NCBI GenBank assembly: GCA_037131105.1
Contig: JBAXRQ010000001.1
Coordinates: 66,039 to 130,038, forward strand
Source of the DNA: a bacterium
Lineage (GTDB): Bacteria > Patescibacteriota > UBA1384 > CAILIB01
Length of the DNA stretch: 64,000 bases
Reading direction: 5' to 3'
Part shown: piece after piece, positions 47,766-58,187 of the stretch
Layout: each line of letters begins with the position of its first letter
Position numbering within the stretch: position 1 is the first letter of the stretch
The notes under the pieces: generated by a model
What the model was told of the DNA's origin: nothing
The model's database searches: none
Seen by the model: only the letters and a program-made list of their open reading frames with translations
Position numbers and translations under genes: made by a program

Positions 47766-48418
47766 TCCCGCGCATTTCTGAAGTGCATGTCAGGTGGATA
47801 ATCGCTGAGCTCATCGGTACTTTACTGCTAACTGTGACCATCGGGGTGACTGCTATTGGCGGCGAACTGTATCTAAACCTGTATCGTTCCCTGTATTCGC
47901 CACTACTTATTGGCCTGGTCATAACCGTTCTGGTCTATCTGTTCGGCTCGGTCAGTGGTGCTCATTTCAATCCTGCCGTGACCATCTCGCTTTGGGTGGT
48001 TCGGAAGATAAAGCACGAACAGCTGGTTATTTACGTTGTATCTCAAATCGTTGGTGCTTATGTAGGTCTGCGTCTAGTGAAGCTCTTACTGGGAACGGCA
48101 CCTCAATTTTCAGGGGTGACTACCAGCGCGGCTATGCTGGCCGAGGCCATGGGAGCTTTTGTCCTGGTACTTGCTGTGACGTCGGTTGTGATAGGGAGGG
48201 TATCTGAATCGCTGAGCGGTTTGGTTATCGGACTGGCTCTGGTCATCGGCATCAGCATTGCCCTGATTCCCAGCGGCGGCGTATTGAACCCGGCGGTCGC
48301 CCTTAGCCTGGGTGCTATTCATTTTGTCTACTTGCTAGCTCCTATAGTTGGAGGCATCTGCGGCGCCGTGCTTGCAGTGGTGATTGGTGGATCAGAGGAA
48401 GAAAAAGCAAAGGTCTAG
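47762..48418 (+). CDS. Aquaporin / MIP family channel
   Basis: SGAHFNPAVT and LNPAVA motifs. Confidence 0.93.
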   Translation: MIPRISEVHVRWIIAELIGTLLLTVTIGVTAIGGELYLNLYRSLYSPLLIGLVITVLVYLFGSVSGAHFNPAVTISLWVVRKIKHEQLVIYVVSQIVGAYVGLRLVKLLLGTAPQFSGVTTSAAMLAEAMGAFVLVLAVTSVVIGRVSESLSGLVIGLALVIGISIALIPSGGVLNPAVALSLGAIHFVYLLAPIVGGICGAVLAVVIGGSEEEKAKV

Positions 48419-48425
48419 GGGTATA

Positions 48426-49181
48426 ATGGCCAACCAGGAGATACTCAAGCGCGAGCAGCGCATCGAAGAGCTTGAGCTACAGGCTAGCAAAAAGCTGGAG
48501 TTCTTCCTGGCCGCTTCGCACCAGCTGAAGTCGCCCTTGGCCATCATTCAGTGGTGTCTGCAGACCGTCCTGGAGTCAAAGGAGGTAGTCGGCAAGGACC
48601 GTGAGCTGGTTCAGACCTCTATCGTGCAGGCTGAGGCCATGACTAGTCTGGTTACCGACATGCTGCATGTATTCAGGTTGTCAGACCGGCAGAACCGACG
48701 CCAGGAGTACGTGGCGGTGAATATGAACGGGCTCATTGACACGGTGCTGAAGGAATATGAGATGACGGCCAGCCAGAAGGGCATCCATCTGATCCGCGGG
48801 CCCATCGAGGTGCTGCCTACTATCTACGCCGACCAGGCCTATCTACGCCAGGCAGTCATCAATCTCATTACCAATGCCATCAAGTACTCAAGTGATGGCA
48901 GCTCGGTGACGGTCACGTCCCAGACTTCGGCTGACGGCTGGATCGAGGTGGCAGTAGAAGATCACGGCATCGGTATGACCGAGGCCGACCAGCAGCGTCT
49001 ATTTAGTGAGTTTTTCCGCAGTGAAGAGGCCCGCCAGATCGCCCATGAAGGGACCGGATTGGGGCTGGTACTGGTGAAGCGGATCATTGAGGAGCTCGGC
49101 GGAGAAGTGAAGGTGAAGAGCGAGCTGCACAAAGGATCTACATTTACCCTTAGGCTGCCGGTCGGAAACAGCCCAGAATAA
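48426..49181 (+). CDS. Cytoplasmic histidine kinase (HisKA + HATPase only)
   Basis: SHQLKSPL, NLITNAIKY, DHGIG, GTGLGL; no TM or sensor domain. Confidence 0.92.
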   Translation: MANQEILKREQRIEELELQASKKLEFFLAASHQLKSPLAIIQWCLQTVLESKEVVGKDRELVQTSIVQAEAMTSLVTDMLHVFRLSDRQNRRQEYVAVNMNGLIDTVLKEYEMTASQKGIHLIRGPIEVLPTIYADQAYLRQAVINLITNAIKYSSDGSSVTVTSQTSADGWIEVAVEDHGIGMTEADQQRLFSEFFRSEEARQIAHEGTGLGLVLVKRIIEELGGEVKVKSELHKGSTFTLRLPVGNSPE

Positions 49182-50147
49182 AGAACGACGCCCCCGGCCG
49201 AATGGCCGGAGGCGGTTGGCGAACGTGCGGAGAACGTCGAGGGGACGTTGCCAGCGAGGTCGCGGTGCACCGGGAGGTGCGAACCTGAAGTGGGCTTCTC
49301 GTGTATTTGAGTTCTGCTGGGCATTCCAGCTGTAGTCAAACAGAAAAGCGTCGTTGGTGCCAAGTCCTTTCAAGAATTGAAAGCTGGCGTGGTCTTGTTC
49401 AACCGAGAAGGTGAAGGGGACCATGCCGTGCGAAGAGTGGATCACGGCCTCTATGCAATACTGGGAGGAATAGAGCGACTGGGCCAAGGGGCGCGTCACA
49501 TTGGCCAGACGCAAGCCCAAAAGGCAGTTGATGGTACGAGCCTCCTTCCAGGTTGGGCATTCCTCGATGCCGCCGTATCCCAGGCGCCACACGATATCTT
49601 GGCTGGCATGCAGCAGTATCATGAGAACGTTCCTGCCGGGGCGCTTAAGTCGAGAGAGATGGACCTTCATGTCCTGGGCGATCTCGTACACGACATTACC
49701 GCGGGGCCAACCGGAATCCATCGCTTCTTTCATTTCCATAGCTATGACATCGAGACCTTTGGTAAAGAGCAGGCCAGACAGCCAACCGAATTGGTACACT
49801 ACGACGACTATGGACCATTGGCTGATGTCGGGTGTGAGCATTGCCACTCTGGCGGCACTGAGTCCCATGAGAAACGCCGTGAGTTGCATGAGTAGGCCGA
49901 GGACAATGGCGGATATCGGCTCCGGTGGGTGGGGCTTATAAAGCCTGTCCATAAGCAGAAGTGTGGGAACGCCGCTGGCTAGGGCTGCAAGGAATAAGAC
50001 GAAGGGGTCTGTCTTACCCAGATACGTGACAAAACTCGTGCCGCATATCGCTATGGAAATCGCTACCGTGTATAGCACGGCCTTGCCGGTTACCTGGCCT
50101 GCAAACGAACAAACTGATCTGAACACAAGAGTACCTCTCTCAATCAA
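48999..50147 (-). CDS. Hypothetical membrane protein (3' end overlaps the kinase)
   Basis: Four N-terminal TMs; 183-nt convergent overlap makes the 3' end doubtful. Confidence 0.55.
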   Translation of the reverse strand: MIERGTLVFRSVCSFAGQVTGKAVLYTVAISIAICGTSFVTYLGKTDPFVLFLAALASGVPTLLLMDRLYKPHPPEPISAIVLGLLMQLTAFLMGLSAARVAMLTPDISQWSIVVVVYQFGWLSGLLFTKGLDVIAMEMKEAMDSGWPRGNVVYEIAQDMKVHLSRLKRPGRNVLMILLHASQDIVWRLGYGGIEECPTWKEARTINCLLGLRLANVTRPLAQSLYSSQYCIEAVIHSSHGMVPFTFSVEQDHASFQFLKGLGTNDAFLFDYSWNAQQNSNTREAHFRFAPPGAPRPRWQRPLDVLRTFANRLRPFGRGRRSLFWAVSDRQPKGKCRSFVQLALHLHFSAELLNDPLHQYQPQSGPFMGDLAGLFTAEKLTK

Positions 50148-50185
50148 GATTGTGTCAAAGCGGCAACACTAACCGTTTTATACCA

Positions 50186-51979
50186 CTACCGCTTCAGCAG
50201 GTCAATAAATACCTGGGTAGGGATCTGGACGTTGCCGAACTGCTTCATCCGCTTCTTACCCTTTTTCTGCTTCTCGAGCAGTTTGTTTTTTCGGGTAACG
50301 TCGCCGCCGTAGAGCTTGGCGGTCACGTCTTTGCGCACGGCTGAGATGGTCTCGCGGGCGATGATCTTGCCGCCAATGGTGGCCTGCAGGGCTACTTCAA
50401 AGTTATGGCGGGGAATGAGCTCCTTGAGCTTTTCCACAGTGGCCCGGCCGATACCTACCGAGCTTTCGCGGGGACAAACGCTGGAGAGGGCCTCCACGTC
50501 ATTGCCGGCCACCATGATGTCCAGGCGGACCAGGTCGGCGGTCCGGTAGCCGATGATTTCGTAGCTCATTGAGGCGTAGCCGGCGCTGACTGACTTCAGG
50601 TGGTCGTAGTAGTTCACGACTATCTCGGAAAGCGGCACCTCGTAGCTCAGGACTACCCGCTCCTCGTCGAGGAACTGGGTCTCCTGGTAGACGCCGCGGC
50701 GCTGCTGGGTGAGATCCATGATGGAGCCCATGTAGTTCTTGGGAGTGACCACTTCCAGCTTGATCCAGGGCTCACGAGTTTCGCTGATCTGGGACTGATC
50801 GGGTAGTTCACTGGGATTGTGCACCTCGAGTTCCTTGCCGGCCGTGGTGACGATGCGATAGGCGACTGAGGGGACGGTGGCGATCACTTCGACGTCATAC
50901 TCGCGGGCCAGCCGCTCAATGACAATCTCCATGTGCAGCATGCCAAGGAAGCCACAGCGGAAGCCAAATCCCAAGGCCTGGGAATGCTCGGGCACATAAC
51001 TCAGTGAGGCGTCGTTTAGCTTCAGCTTGCCGATGGAGTCACGCAGCTCTGGATATTCGTCAGTATCAAGGGCGTAAAGCGAGGCGAAGACCATGGGGGT
51101 GACTACCCTGTAGCCGGGCAGTGCCTCGGGCAGCTCGCGTCCGTCACCGGTAATGGTGTCTCCGATACCGATATCGCTGACTTCCTTGAGTCCAGTGACG
51201 ATGTAGCCGATCTCTCCTGTTTCCAGGCTGGCTGACTTGTTGCGGCTAGGTAGAAAATAGCCGACTTCCAAGGCCTCGGTGGTCTTATTCCCCTGGATCA
51301 GGCGCACCTTAGTGTCAGAGCGGAGGCTGCCATCCATGACTCTGACGTAGGCGACTACTCCACGGTAGGGATCATAGATACAGTCAAAAACCAGGGCTCG
51401 TAGTGGTTTCTCAGCTGGTAGTTCGGGTGCCGGGACATGTTTCACTACGGCGTCCAGGATGTCGGTGACGCCCAGGCCGGTCTTGCCAGAAGCGAAGATG
51501 ATCTCGTCGGGGGAGCAGCCGATCAGCTTAATCAGTTCCTGGGCCCGTCGCTCAGGCTCGGCGTGGGGGAGGTCGATCTTGTTGATGACCGGGATGATGG
51601 TCAGTCCCTGCTCAATGGCCTGGTAGAGGGTGGAAAGGGTCTGGGCCTGGACGCCTTGGGATGCATCCACAAGTAATACGGCGCCTTCAACGGCCGCCAG
51701 AGAGCGGGAAACCTCATAGGAAAAGTCGACGTGGCCGGGGGTATCGATGAGGTTTAGGAGGTATTCCTGGCCTTCGGTGGAGTAATGCATCCGTACCGGC
51801 TGCAGCTTGATGGTGATGCCGCGCTCGCGCTCAAGGTCCATGGTGTCCAGGAGTTGTTCTTGCATGTCACGGTCTGCCACCGTGTGGGTGAGCTCGAGCA
51901 TGCGGTCAGCCAGGGTGGATTTCCCGTGATCGACGTGGGCGATGATGCAGAAGTTTCGAATCGGGAGATTACTCATCAA
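50186..51979 (-). CDS. lepA: Elongation factor 4
   Basis: IRNFCIIAHVDHGKSTLADR, GFRCGFLG, KLYGGDVTRK. Confidence 0.98.
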   Translation of the reverse strand: MMSNLPIRNFCIIAHVDHGKSTLADRMLELTHTVADRDMQEQLLDTMDLERERGITIKLQPVRMHYSTEGQEYLLNLIDTPGHVDFSYEVSRSLAAVEGAVLLVDASQGVQAQTLSTLYQAIEQGLTIIPVINKIDLPHAEPERRAQELIKLIGCSPDEIIFASGKTGLGVTDILDAVVKHVPAPELPAEKPLRALVFDCIYDPYRGVVAYVRVMDGSLRSDTKVRLIQGNKTTEALEVGYFLPSRNKSASLETGEIGYIVTGLKEVSDIGIGDTITGDGRELPEALPGYRVVTPMVFASLYALDTDEYPELRDSIGKLKLNDASLSYVPEHSQALGFGFRCGFLGMLHMEIVIERLAREYDVEVIATVPSVAYRIVTTAGKELEVHNPSELPDQSQISETREPWIKLEVVTPKNYMGSIMDLTQQRRGVYQETQFLDEERVVLSYEVPLSEIVVNYYDHLKSVSAGYASMSYEIIGYRTADLVRLDIMVAGNDVEALSSVCPRESSVGIGRATVEKLKELIPRHNFEVALQATIGGKIIARETISAVRKDVTAKLYGGDVTRKNKLLEKQKKGKKRMKQFGNVQIPTQVFIDLLKR

Positions 51980-51983
51980 AAGA

Positions 51984-52370
51984 TTAAGGTGTAGAAGTGG
52001 GGATCTGACTGGCTGCGGCCTTCTTGGCAGCGTCTATCTGGGCCTGGACCTGTTTGTCAGCTTCTTTCTGAATGGCGTCTTTGGCTGCGTTTCCGGCCTG
52101 CTCCTTGGCCTGATCGGCCGAGTTTTGTACGCTTTGGCCGAGGTTCTGCTTGATCTGGTTCAGGAAGTCATCATTGGCGTTTACACCGTTGGTAGTGGGG
52201 ACTACTAAGTTCAAATGGAATAGCCGGCTGTGCTTGACGATAGAGCCAAGCTGCAAGAGTATCAATCCTACTACAATGAGGTATGCTACCACGATGGCCG
52301 CCACCCAACTGCACCCCGCGTAGGGAGTGTGGTCTACCGGCCCCTCGACAAGACCTTGCTCTGCAGCCAT
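51984..52370 (-). CDS. Hypothetical single-TM protein
   Basis: TM plus Ala/Gln/Lys-rich helix; in line with murJ and lepA. Confidence 0.6.
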   Translation of the reverse strand: MAAEQGLVEGPVDHTPYAGCSWVAAIVVAYLIVVGLILLQLGSIVKHSRLFHLNLVVPTTNGVNANDDFLNQIKQNLGQSVQNSADQAKEQAGNAAKDAIQKEADKQVQAQIDAAKKAAASQIPTSTP

Positions 52371-53920
52371 GAAAGTTCCTCCTTATTTCTGATGCTACTA
52401 TAGCCAAAATAGACTAACATTCCAACTCCTGCAGCCAAGAAGGTCTGTACAAGTAAGCCTAGGACCTTTTCGGTGCCAAATCCTGGCGTAAAGGTGTATG
52501 CGTAATCGACGGCATGAAGGGTAAGCCACGTTGCTCCTGCCAGTAGGATGGAGCCGACGCCAGAGACCAGAGTTATATGACTGAGAAGCTGGGTAGAGAG
52601 GTTGAGATGATTGCGCCGATGTAGGATTACCAGGTAGAGCACGCACTGGACACTGGCGATAAGGGTCTCACTGACCGCGAGCGTGGCAACCGTGGAGTGG
52701 AAGTAACGGATACCGATTATGCTGAGGACAATACCGCAGGCAGCACTTACTGAAGTAATGATCAGAGGAGTCTTGGTATCCTTGGTGGCGTAAAACACCC
52801 GGGCGAGAATAACTACCAGGGATGAAGGAATGATACCGATAATGAACCAGGTGAACGTGGCGATGGCGATGTCGGTAAGCTCCCAGTTGGTGTGGCCGAT
52901 GCCTATGTATAGCCGGACAATCTGGGCCCGTAGGACTAAGCTCATAACCAAGGTGGGTAGGAGTAAAAAGAGGCTTACTCTAATGACTTTGGTTAGGAGG
53001 TGGCTCATCTCCTCCCACTTCTCACTAGCCACTTGGGTAGCCAGAGCGGGGAAGACGGCGGTAGCAAGCGAGTTGGCAATGATCACTGTAGGAGTGGTTT
53101 GCAAGTCATTCATACCACTGAAGATGGCAATCGAGCCGGCGGTAAGTCCGGAGGCCAGGCTGGTATAGACCAATAGGACAATCTGGTTCATGCCCTGGCT
53201 GAGGCTCCTGGGAACCATCAGGCGGGCTACCGTCTTTACTTCCTCGCTCAGGCGCAGGTCGATGCGGGGAATGAAGCCGATTCTCCAGGCTTCGACAAGC
53301 TGGATCAGGAAATGCCCGAAGGCGCCGACTACCACTAGTAGTACCAGGATCTTCACCCCATGCTGGTTGGCTAGGACGCCGCCTACTATGAGGGCGATAT
53401 TGTAGACCAAAGGGGCCAGGGCGTAGCTGGTGAAGCGTCGGTAGCCGTTTAGCAGGGCTCCAATAATAAACGACCATGAGAAAAACAGGGCCTGGATGAG
53501 TAGTATCCGGCTTAGGAAGACCGTGTCTAGCTGGCGGGCGGCATCAAAGCCGTAGAACAGGTGACTGACCAGCCACGGCATGATGGCAGCCAGTATGCTG
53601 ATAAGCACCAGGATGGCCAGGCTAGCCCAGCTGAAGATCTGGTTGGTAACCCGTCGGGCCTCACCCTCCTTTTGATTAGCGATAAGCTCTGATAGTACCG
53701 GAATCACGGCACTGGTGACTGCACCGATGATCAGAAGGTTCAGTATGAAGTCAGCAATCCGGAAGCTGGCGAAGTAGACATCGAGCTGGCCTTTGTCGAT
53801 GAATCGGTAAAATACCAGGTTCCGCATCAAGCCGAGCCCGTTGCTGAGCAGTGCAGTAATCGCAAGCAACGTTGAAGCCTGGCGTACCGACTGGGACCGA
53901 AAGAGTGAGGGAAGGCCCAT
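52334..53920 (-). CDS. murJ: Lipid II flippase MurJ/MviN
   Basis: YFASFRIAD, SAVIPV, TAVFPAL, ARVFYATKDTKTP. Confidence 0.9.
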   Translation of the reverse strand: MGLPSLFRSQSVRQASTLLAITALLSNGLGLMRNLVFYRFIDKGQLDVYFASFRIADFILNLLIIGAVTSAVIPVLSELIANQKEGEARRVTNQIFSWASLAILVLISILAAIMPWLVSHLFYGFDAARQLDTVFLSRILLIQALFFSWSFIIGALLNGYRRFTSYALAPLVYNIALIVGGVLANQHGVKILVLLVVVGAFGHFLIQLVEAWRIGFIPRIDLRLSEEVKTVARLMVPRSLSQGMNQIVLLVYTSLASGLTAGSIAIFSGMNDLQTTPTVIIANSLATAVFPALATQVASEKWEEMSHLLTKVIRVSLFLLLPTLVMSLVLRAQIVRLYIGIGHTNWELTDIAIATFTWFIIGIIPSSLVVILARVFYATKDTKTPLIITSVSAACGIVLSIIGIRYFHSTVATLAVSETLIASVQCVLYLVILHRRNHLNLSTQLLSHITLVSGVGSILLAGATWLTLHAVDYAYTFTPGFGTEKVLGLLVQTFLAAGVGMLVYFGYSSIRNKEELSWLQSKVLSRGR

Positions 53921-53923
53921 AGG

Positions 53924-55894
53924 CTAGGCCAGGGTTGTCTCGACCGGTGGCTTGTCCACCTTGGTACTGCTTTCCAAAATCTTAGTCAGTTCTTCGCCAC
54001 CGATGGTTTCTTTTTCTAGGAGCTGCTCGGTAAGAATCTCCAGGGCGCTACGGTACTTGGCGAGTACTTCCTTGGCCTTGGCCTTAGCTTCCTCGATGAT
54101 ACGGGTTACCTCGAGATCGATCTTTTCGGCAGTAGCCTCGGAGTAATCCTTCTCCTCACCCATGCTGCGGCCCAGGAACATCTGACCCTGGCGCTCACCG
54201 TAGGTGCGCATACCCAGCTTCTCACTCATGCCGTATTCGGTGACCATGGCCCGGGCTGTGGCGGTGGCCCGCTGCAGGTCATTGGAAGCACCAGTGGTAG
54301 GCTCGTTGAAGTACTGGATCTCGGCCAGCAGACCGCCCAGCATCATGGCGAGCTCGTCTTGGAACTTGCTGCGGGAGGTGGTGTGGGTGTCTTCGCGGGG
54401 TAGGCTCCAGGTCAGACCGAGGGCATTACCCCGGCTGATGATGGACACCTTATGCACGTCATTGGTGTTGGGAAGTACATGTCCGACGATAGCATGACCG
54501 GCCTCGTGAACGGCGGTGATCTTCTTCTCTTTTTCAGTAAGTACTCGGCTTGGGCGCTCTGGGCCAACCAGAATCTTCTCCACGGCTTCGTGCAGAATCT
54601 CCTGGGTAATTTCCTTAAGGCCGCCCCGGGCAGTAAGAATAGCAGCCTCGTTCATGACATTCTTAAGGTCGGCAGGGGACAGTCCGGCGGTCTGTCCGGC
54701 GATATCGTCAAGTTTCACGTTGGCTGCGATAGGCTTGTGGGCCGAGTAGACTTTCAGTACCTCTAGGCGCTCGCCGCGAGTGGGCAAGTCGACGGTAACC
54801 CGGCGGTCAAAGCGTCCGGGACGCAGCAGAGCGGGGTCGAGTACGTCAGGGCGGTTAGTAGCTGCCATGACGATGACCCCCTGGTCGGTATCGAAGCCGT
54901 CCATCTCGACAAGAATCTGGTTCAAGGTCTGCTCACGCTCATCGTGTCCACCGCCCATACCAGAGCCGCGCTGGCGTCCGATGGCATCAAGCTCATCGAT
55001 AAAGATGATACAAGGGCTGGTTTTCTTAGCCTTGGTAAAGAGGTCGCGGACGCGGGAGGCGCCTACACCCACAAACATCTCGACGAACTCTGAGGCTGAG
55101 ATTGAGTAAAATGGTACGCCTGCCTCACCGGCGACTGCCTTGGCCAGCAAGGTCTTACCGGTTCCAGGAGGGCCTACCAAGAGTACTCCCTTGGGGATCT
55201 CGGCGCCGATGCTCCTAAATTTACCAGGATTGCGTAAGAACTCTACTTCTTCCATGAGTTCCATCTTTGCCTCCTTCAGGCCGGCGACGTCCTTGAAACG
55301 GATCTTGGACATATTGGCGATCTTGGCCTTGCTCTGGCCGAAACTCATGGCCTTCATGTTGGCACCGGCGGTGGCGCGGAACATGTAGATGATCAGGCCG
55401 ACGATGATGAGGGCAGGTAGAAAGGTCTGCAGGAAGGCTAGGGCGATGGCGCTAGTGGAATCGTACTTTATGTCGATGCTGGTTTTATCAGAGGTAATGC
55501 CGTAATCCTTTAGGGAGTCGGCTGAGCGCACCGTCGACTTTTCCTGGCTGCCATCTTTAAGGTCGACTACCAGGTCGGTGTCGTTGTTTACGGTCACCTG
55601 TTTCACTTCGCCCTTGCCAACCTGGGTGGCCACCTGGGAGAGTGGGACCTCAGGGACAGTCTTGCGATTAGGGTTGTAGAAGTAGGAAAGGAGGGCGAGC
55701 GCGATAAGAATGCCGGCGATCCAATACAGGTTCCGGCCGCAGCCAGGAGTCTGCTCGGGCATCTGGGGCATCTTTAAGTTTGAGGGACGCTTGCCGGGCC
55801 GACGGGGTGGCTTTGGGCTTTGAGGGGTGGGTTTACCTTCAGCTTCCGGGTGAATACCCGACTGGTTTTCGTCCTGTGGTTCGGTGGTTGGCAT
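53924..55894 (-). CDS. ftsH: ATP-dependent zinc metalloprotease FtsH
   Basis: Two TMs, [26 protein letters not shown]. Confidence 0.98.
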   Translation of the reverse strand: MPTTEPQDENQSGIHPEAEGKPTPQSPKPPRRPGKRPSNLKMPQMPEQTPGCGRNLYWIAGILIALALLSYFYNPNRKTVPEVPLSQVATQVGKGEVKQVTVNNDTDLVVDLKDGSQEKSTVRSADSLKDYGITSDKTSIDIKYDSTSAIALAFLQTFLPALIIVGLIIYMFRATAGANMKAMSFGQSKAKIANMSKIRFKDVAGLKEAKMELMEEVEFLRNPGKFRSIGAEIPKGVLLVGPPGTGKTLLAKAVAGEAGVPFYSISASEFVEMFVGVGASRVRDLFTKAKKTSPCIIFIDELDAIGRQRGSGMGGGHDEREQTLNQILVEMDGFDTDQGVIVMAATNRPDVLDPALLRPGRFDRRVTVDLPTRGERLEVLKVYSAHKPIAANVKLDDIAGQTAGLSPADLKNVMNEAAILTARGGLKEITQEILHEAVEKILVGPERPSRVLTEKEKKITAVHEAGHAIVGHVLPNTNDVHKVSIISRGNALGLTWSLPREDTHTTSRSKFQDELAMMLGGLLAEIQYFNEPTTGASNDLQRATATARAMVTEYGMSEKLGMRTYGERQGQMFLGRSMGEEKDYSEATAEKIDLEVTRIIEEAKAKAKEVLAKYRSALEILTEQLLEKETIGGEELTKILESSTKVDKPPVETTLA

Positions 55895-56097
55895 GAACTA
55901 TAAGGTTAGTCGGTAAGGTGGCTCACTTGACGCTCCGGCTGCAGTAGGGTAGTATTGCATCTGTAAGTGTCGTTCCGGAAGTTGTCGGTAGGCAGGGATG
56001 GCAGCATGCCAGCGTGCCCATGACAATTTCCAGTATGACAAAACCAGGCAAATTGTAAAGTCTGTTTTACATTTTTGTCTATTATTGTGTGACCCAA

Positions 56098-56174
56098 AGC
56101 GGGGTGGAGCAGCCCGGAAGCTCGTCTGGCTCATAACCAGAAGGTCGTTGGTTCAAATCCAACCCCCGCTACCA
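56098..56174 (+). tRNA. tRNA-Met(CAT), initiator-like
   Basis: AGCGGGGTGGAGCAGCCCGGAAGCTCG-TCTGG-CTCATAA-CCAGA...GGTTCAAATCCAACCCCCGCTACCA; D-arm typical of tRNA-fMet. Confidence 0.92.
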
Positions 56175-56440
56175 AAGAAAAAGAACCAACTTCGGTTGGT
56201 TCTTTTTCTTTGTCAGGAAGCTGGATTTGAACCGTGAGTTGGGTCGGAAGAACAGTAGTTCTTCCGTGGAGGAAGGTAGCCGCGAAGCGGCGTCAAGGAA
56301 ACCGTGGGTTTCCTGAAACGAGCGAAGTGCCTGCCGGAGGCGGCCGAAGCACTGGCGCTTCTCGCGTAAGCAAGCGGAGCGCTGCAGACGAGAAAGCCGT
56401 GGAGCGTAGCGGAACCGTTTGTTCAATTCCCAACCCCCGC
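56175..56440 (+). other. tRNA-fMet downstream cassette (hairpin + antisense T-arm + motifs A and C + direct 3' copy)
   Basis: Hairpin 56173-56212; tggatttgaacc 56222-56233; gttcaattcccaacccccgc 56421-56440. Confidence 0.75.
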
Positions 56441-56453
56441 ATTGCCAGGAGTC

Positions 56454-57170
56454 TTATTCTTTCGCCAGCGCCGTTGTCTCCCCCTCCAGATAATTTCTAA
56501 TTCCCTTCGCCACCCCTTCCGCCAGCATGTCGTCATGCTTCTTGAACATCGATCTATCAATGGAATTGGTGATAAACCCTAGCTCGATAAGCGCTCCGGG
56601 AGTCTTGGGATCGATGGAATGGATGAACTTGCTGTAGTTGAATGCGTAGTACTGGGTCATATTGTCAGTGATGGTAGGATTGCGATACATGCCGGTGACT
56701 TCGCCGTAGGCTGCTTCGATACTGTCGCTGAGCGACTGGGCTTTGCTGTCTATACTGTCCCACTGTGAGGGGGCCACCTTGTACCCGTACACCGACGAAT
56801 CGTCATTACCATCGGCATGAATGGCTATGAAGGCATTGGCGCAGTAGTCCTCGGGAATAGTGGCAGGTAATATGTCGACGGCAATATTCTCTGACTTGAG
56901 AAGGGCTGCCACCTTCTGAGCGATATTAAGGTTCACATCTACTTCATTTACTCCGGCGGCTGAGGCGCCGTAGTCCCATTGTAGCTTTGAGAGCTCATCG
57001 GGAAGTTGGTCGATCCGCCAGTGTCCGGCCTGGATGCCCACTTTCTTGGCGGCTCCGAGGGTTTCGGGACAAGTAGCGGGTATAGCCTCTGCATTGGCTA
57101 ATGTAACAACCTTCTTAATTACGCTAGCAGTTGGTTGCGTGGCTAGTGCGTCGTGACGATAAGTAAACAC
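56454..57170 (-). CDS. N-acetylmuramoyl-L-alanine amidase (Amidase_3); true start probably upstream
   Basis: GIQAGHW, EVDVNL, FIAIHAD, ALIELGFITN; frame stays open upstream through a TM segment. Confidence 0.88.
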   Translation of the reverse strand: MFTYRHDALATQPTASVIKKVVTLANAEAIPATCPETLGAAKKVGIQAGHWRIDQLPDELSKLQWDYGASAAGVNEVDVNLNIAQKVAALLKSENIAVDILPATIPEDYCANAFIAIHADGNDDSSVYGYKVAPSQWDSIDSKAQSLSDSIEAAYGEVTGMYRNPTITDNMTQYYAFNYSKFIHSIDPKTPGALIELGFITNSIDRSMFKKHDDMLAEGVAKGIRNYLEGETTALAKE

Positions 57171-57282
57171 ATAGTATCCAGTGCCGCCCAGAGCGACTAA
57201 CAGAATGGCGCTAGCTACGGTAGTGAAGAGAAGGACTCGCTGGCTGATGGAGGAAGAAATAGAGACTTTGACTAAGGATATA

Positions 57283-57600
57283 TCAAGAAGCTGAGGGACC
57301 CATGAGGATGGTGGATAGAATACTAAGCTTCTCCTCGATCATTCGGAAGCGTTTTTCATCGTTACGATCTTTCTCTACAAGGAAGTCAAGGATCTTGTCG
57401 ACTTTGTCTTCTAGCCTTTGCATGCGATCCTCCAGGGCATCGAGCCGTCTCTCGATTGCATCAAATCGCTTATTGATAGACTCAAAGATCCGGTCGTGCC
57501 TGATGAGCTCCTGTTCAGTCCCGCGCACTCGCACGTCTAATTCGACTACCTTTTCGGCAACGAATGAGGGCGCTGAGGAATGGGAAGGCTTGATGGACAT
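57283..57600 (-). CDS. Small coiled-coil protein
   Basis: Heptads RFDAIER-RLDALED-RMQRLED; TATACT 6 nt upstream of the ATG. Confidence 0.75.
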   Translation of the reverse strand: MSIKPSHSSAPSFVAEKVVELDVRVRGTEQELIRHDRIFESINKRFDAIERRLDALEDRMQRLEDKVDKILDFLVEKDRNDEKRFRMIEEKLSILSTILMGPSAS

Positions 57601-57689
57601 GGGCTAAGTATATGACAGGCGATGGCGGCAGTGAACCTATTTCACAGTGGCACATATCGTACTAGCTGTAATATTCCTACCAGAGGGCC

Positions 57690-58187
57690 TTATAACAAGG
57701 AAACGTGTTCAAAGTTTCCAGTTTCCGTGTCGTAGATGCCGAAGCTGGGTTTTCCAAACCTGAAACCTGCCACTTCTCCCGGATTTGCGAGAAGGGATTC
57801 CCCAACCATTTCCTGGGCTGCCACATGGTTGTGGCCATGGAAGGCAGCGTCATAACGCCCAGAAAGCGCGGCGATACGGGCAACTTCGGGATAGTGGGTG
57901 ATAAAGATCTTTTTGCCGCCTAATTCTATCTCGGCAAAGTCCTGCTCGGCGTATTCCATGGTGCCGTACTCAGCCGTCTTGCGATAGGTCTGCAGTTTGT
58001 CGCCGTCCACGTTTCCCCAGACACAGTGCCACTTGAGGCCTGATTCAGCTAAGAGGATGGCAGCTGGAGGCGCACACATGTCGCCAAGGTGTAGGCCTTC
58101 GGAAATGCCGCGGGCCTTGGTCAGCTCCAGGGCTTTCTTGATGTTTTCCATATTGTCGTGGGAGTCGGAGAGTATGGCGATGAGCAT
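57690..58187 (-). CDS. YfcE/MJ0936-family metallophosphoesterase
   Basis: ILSDSHDN, HLGD, WGNVD, HGHNH, NPGE. Confidence 0.9.
   Translation of the reverse strand: MLIAILSDSHDNMENIKKALELTKARGISEGLHLGDMCAPPAAILLAESGLKWHCVWGNVDGDKLQTYRKTAEYGTMEYAEQDFAEIELGGKKIFITHYPEVARIAALSGRYDAAFHGHNHVAAQEMVGESLLANPGEVAGFRFGKPSFGIYDTETGNFEHVSLL

Noticed and set aside
48999-49220. Genuine 183-nt overlapping coding region between the kinase and the minus-strand ORF
   Set aside because: A terminator-like hairpin (49189-49216) follows the kinase stop, and the minus-strand tail looks like read-through after stop loss.
56241-56321. Hammerhead ribozyme in motif A (GAAAC present)
   Set aside because: No CUGANGA core was found in either copy.
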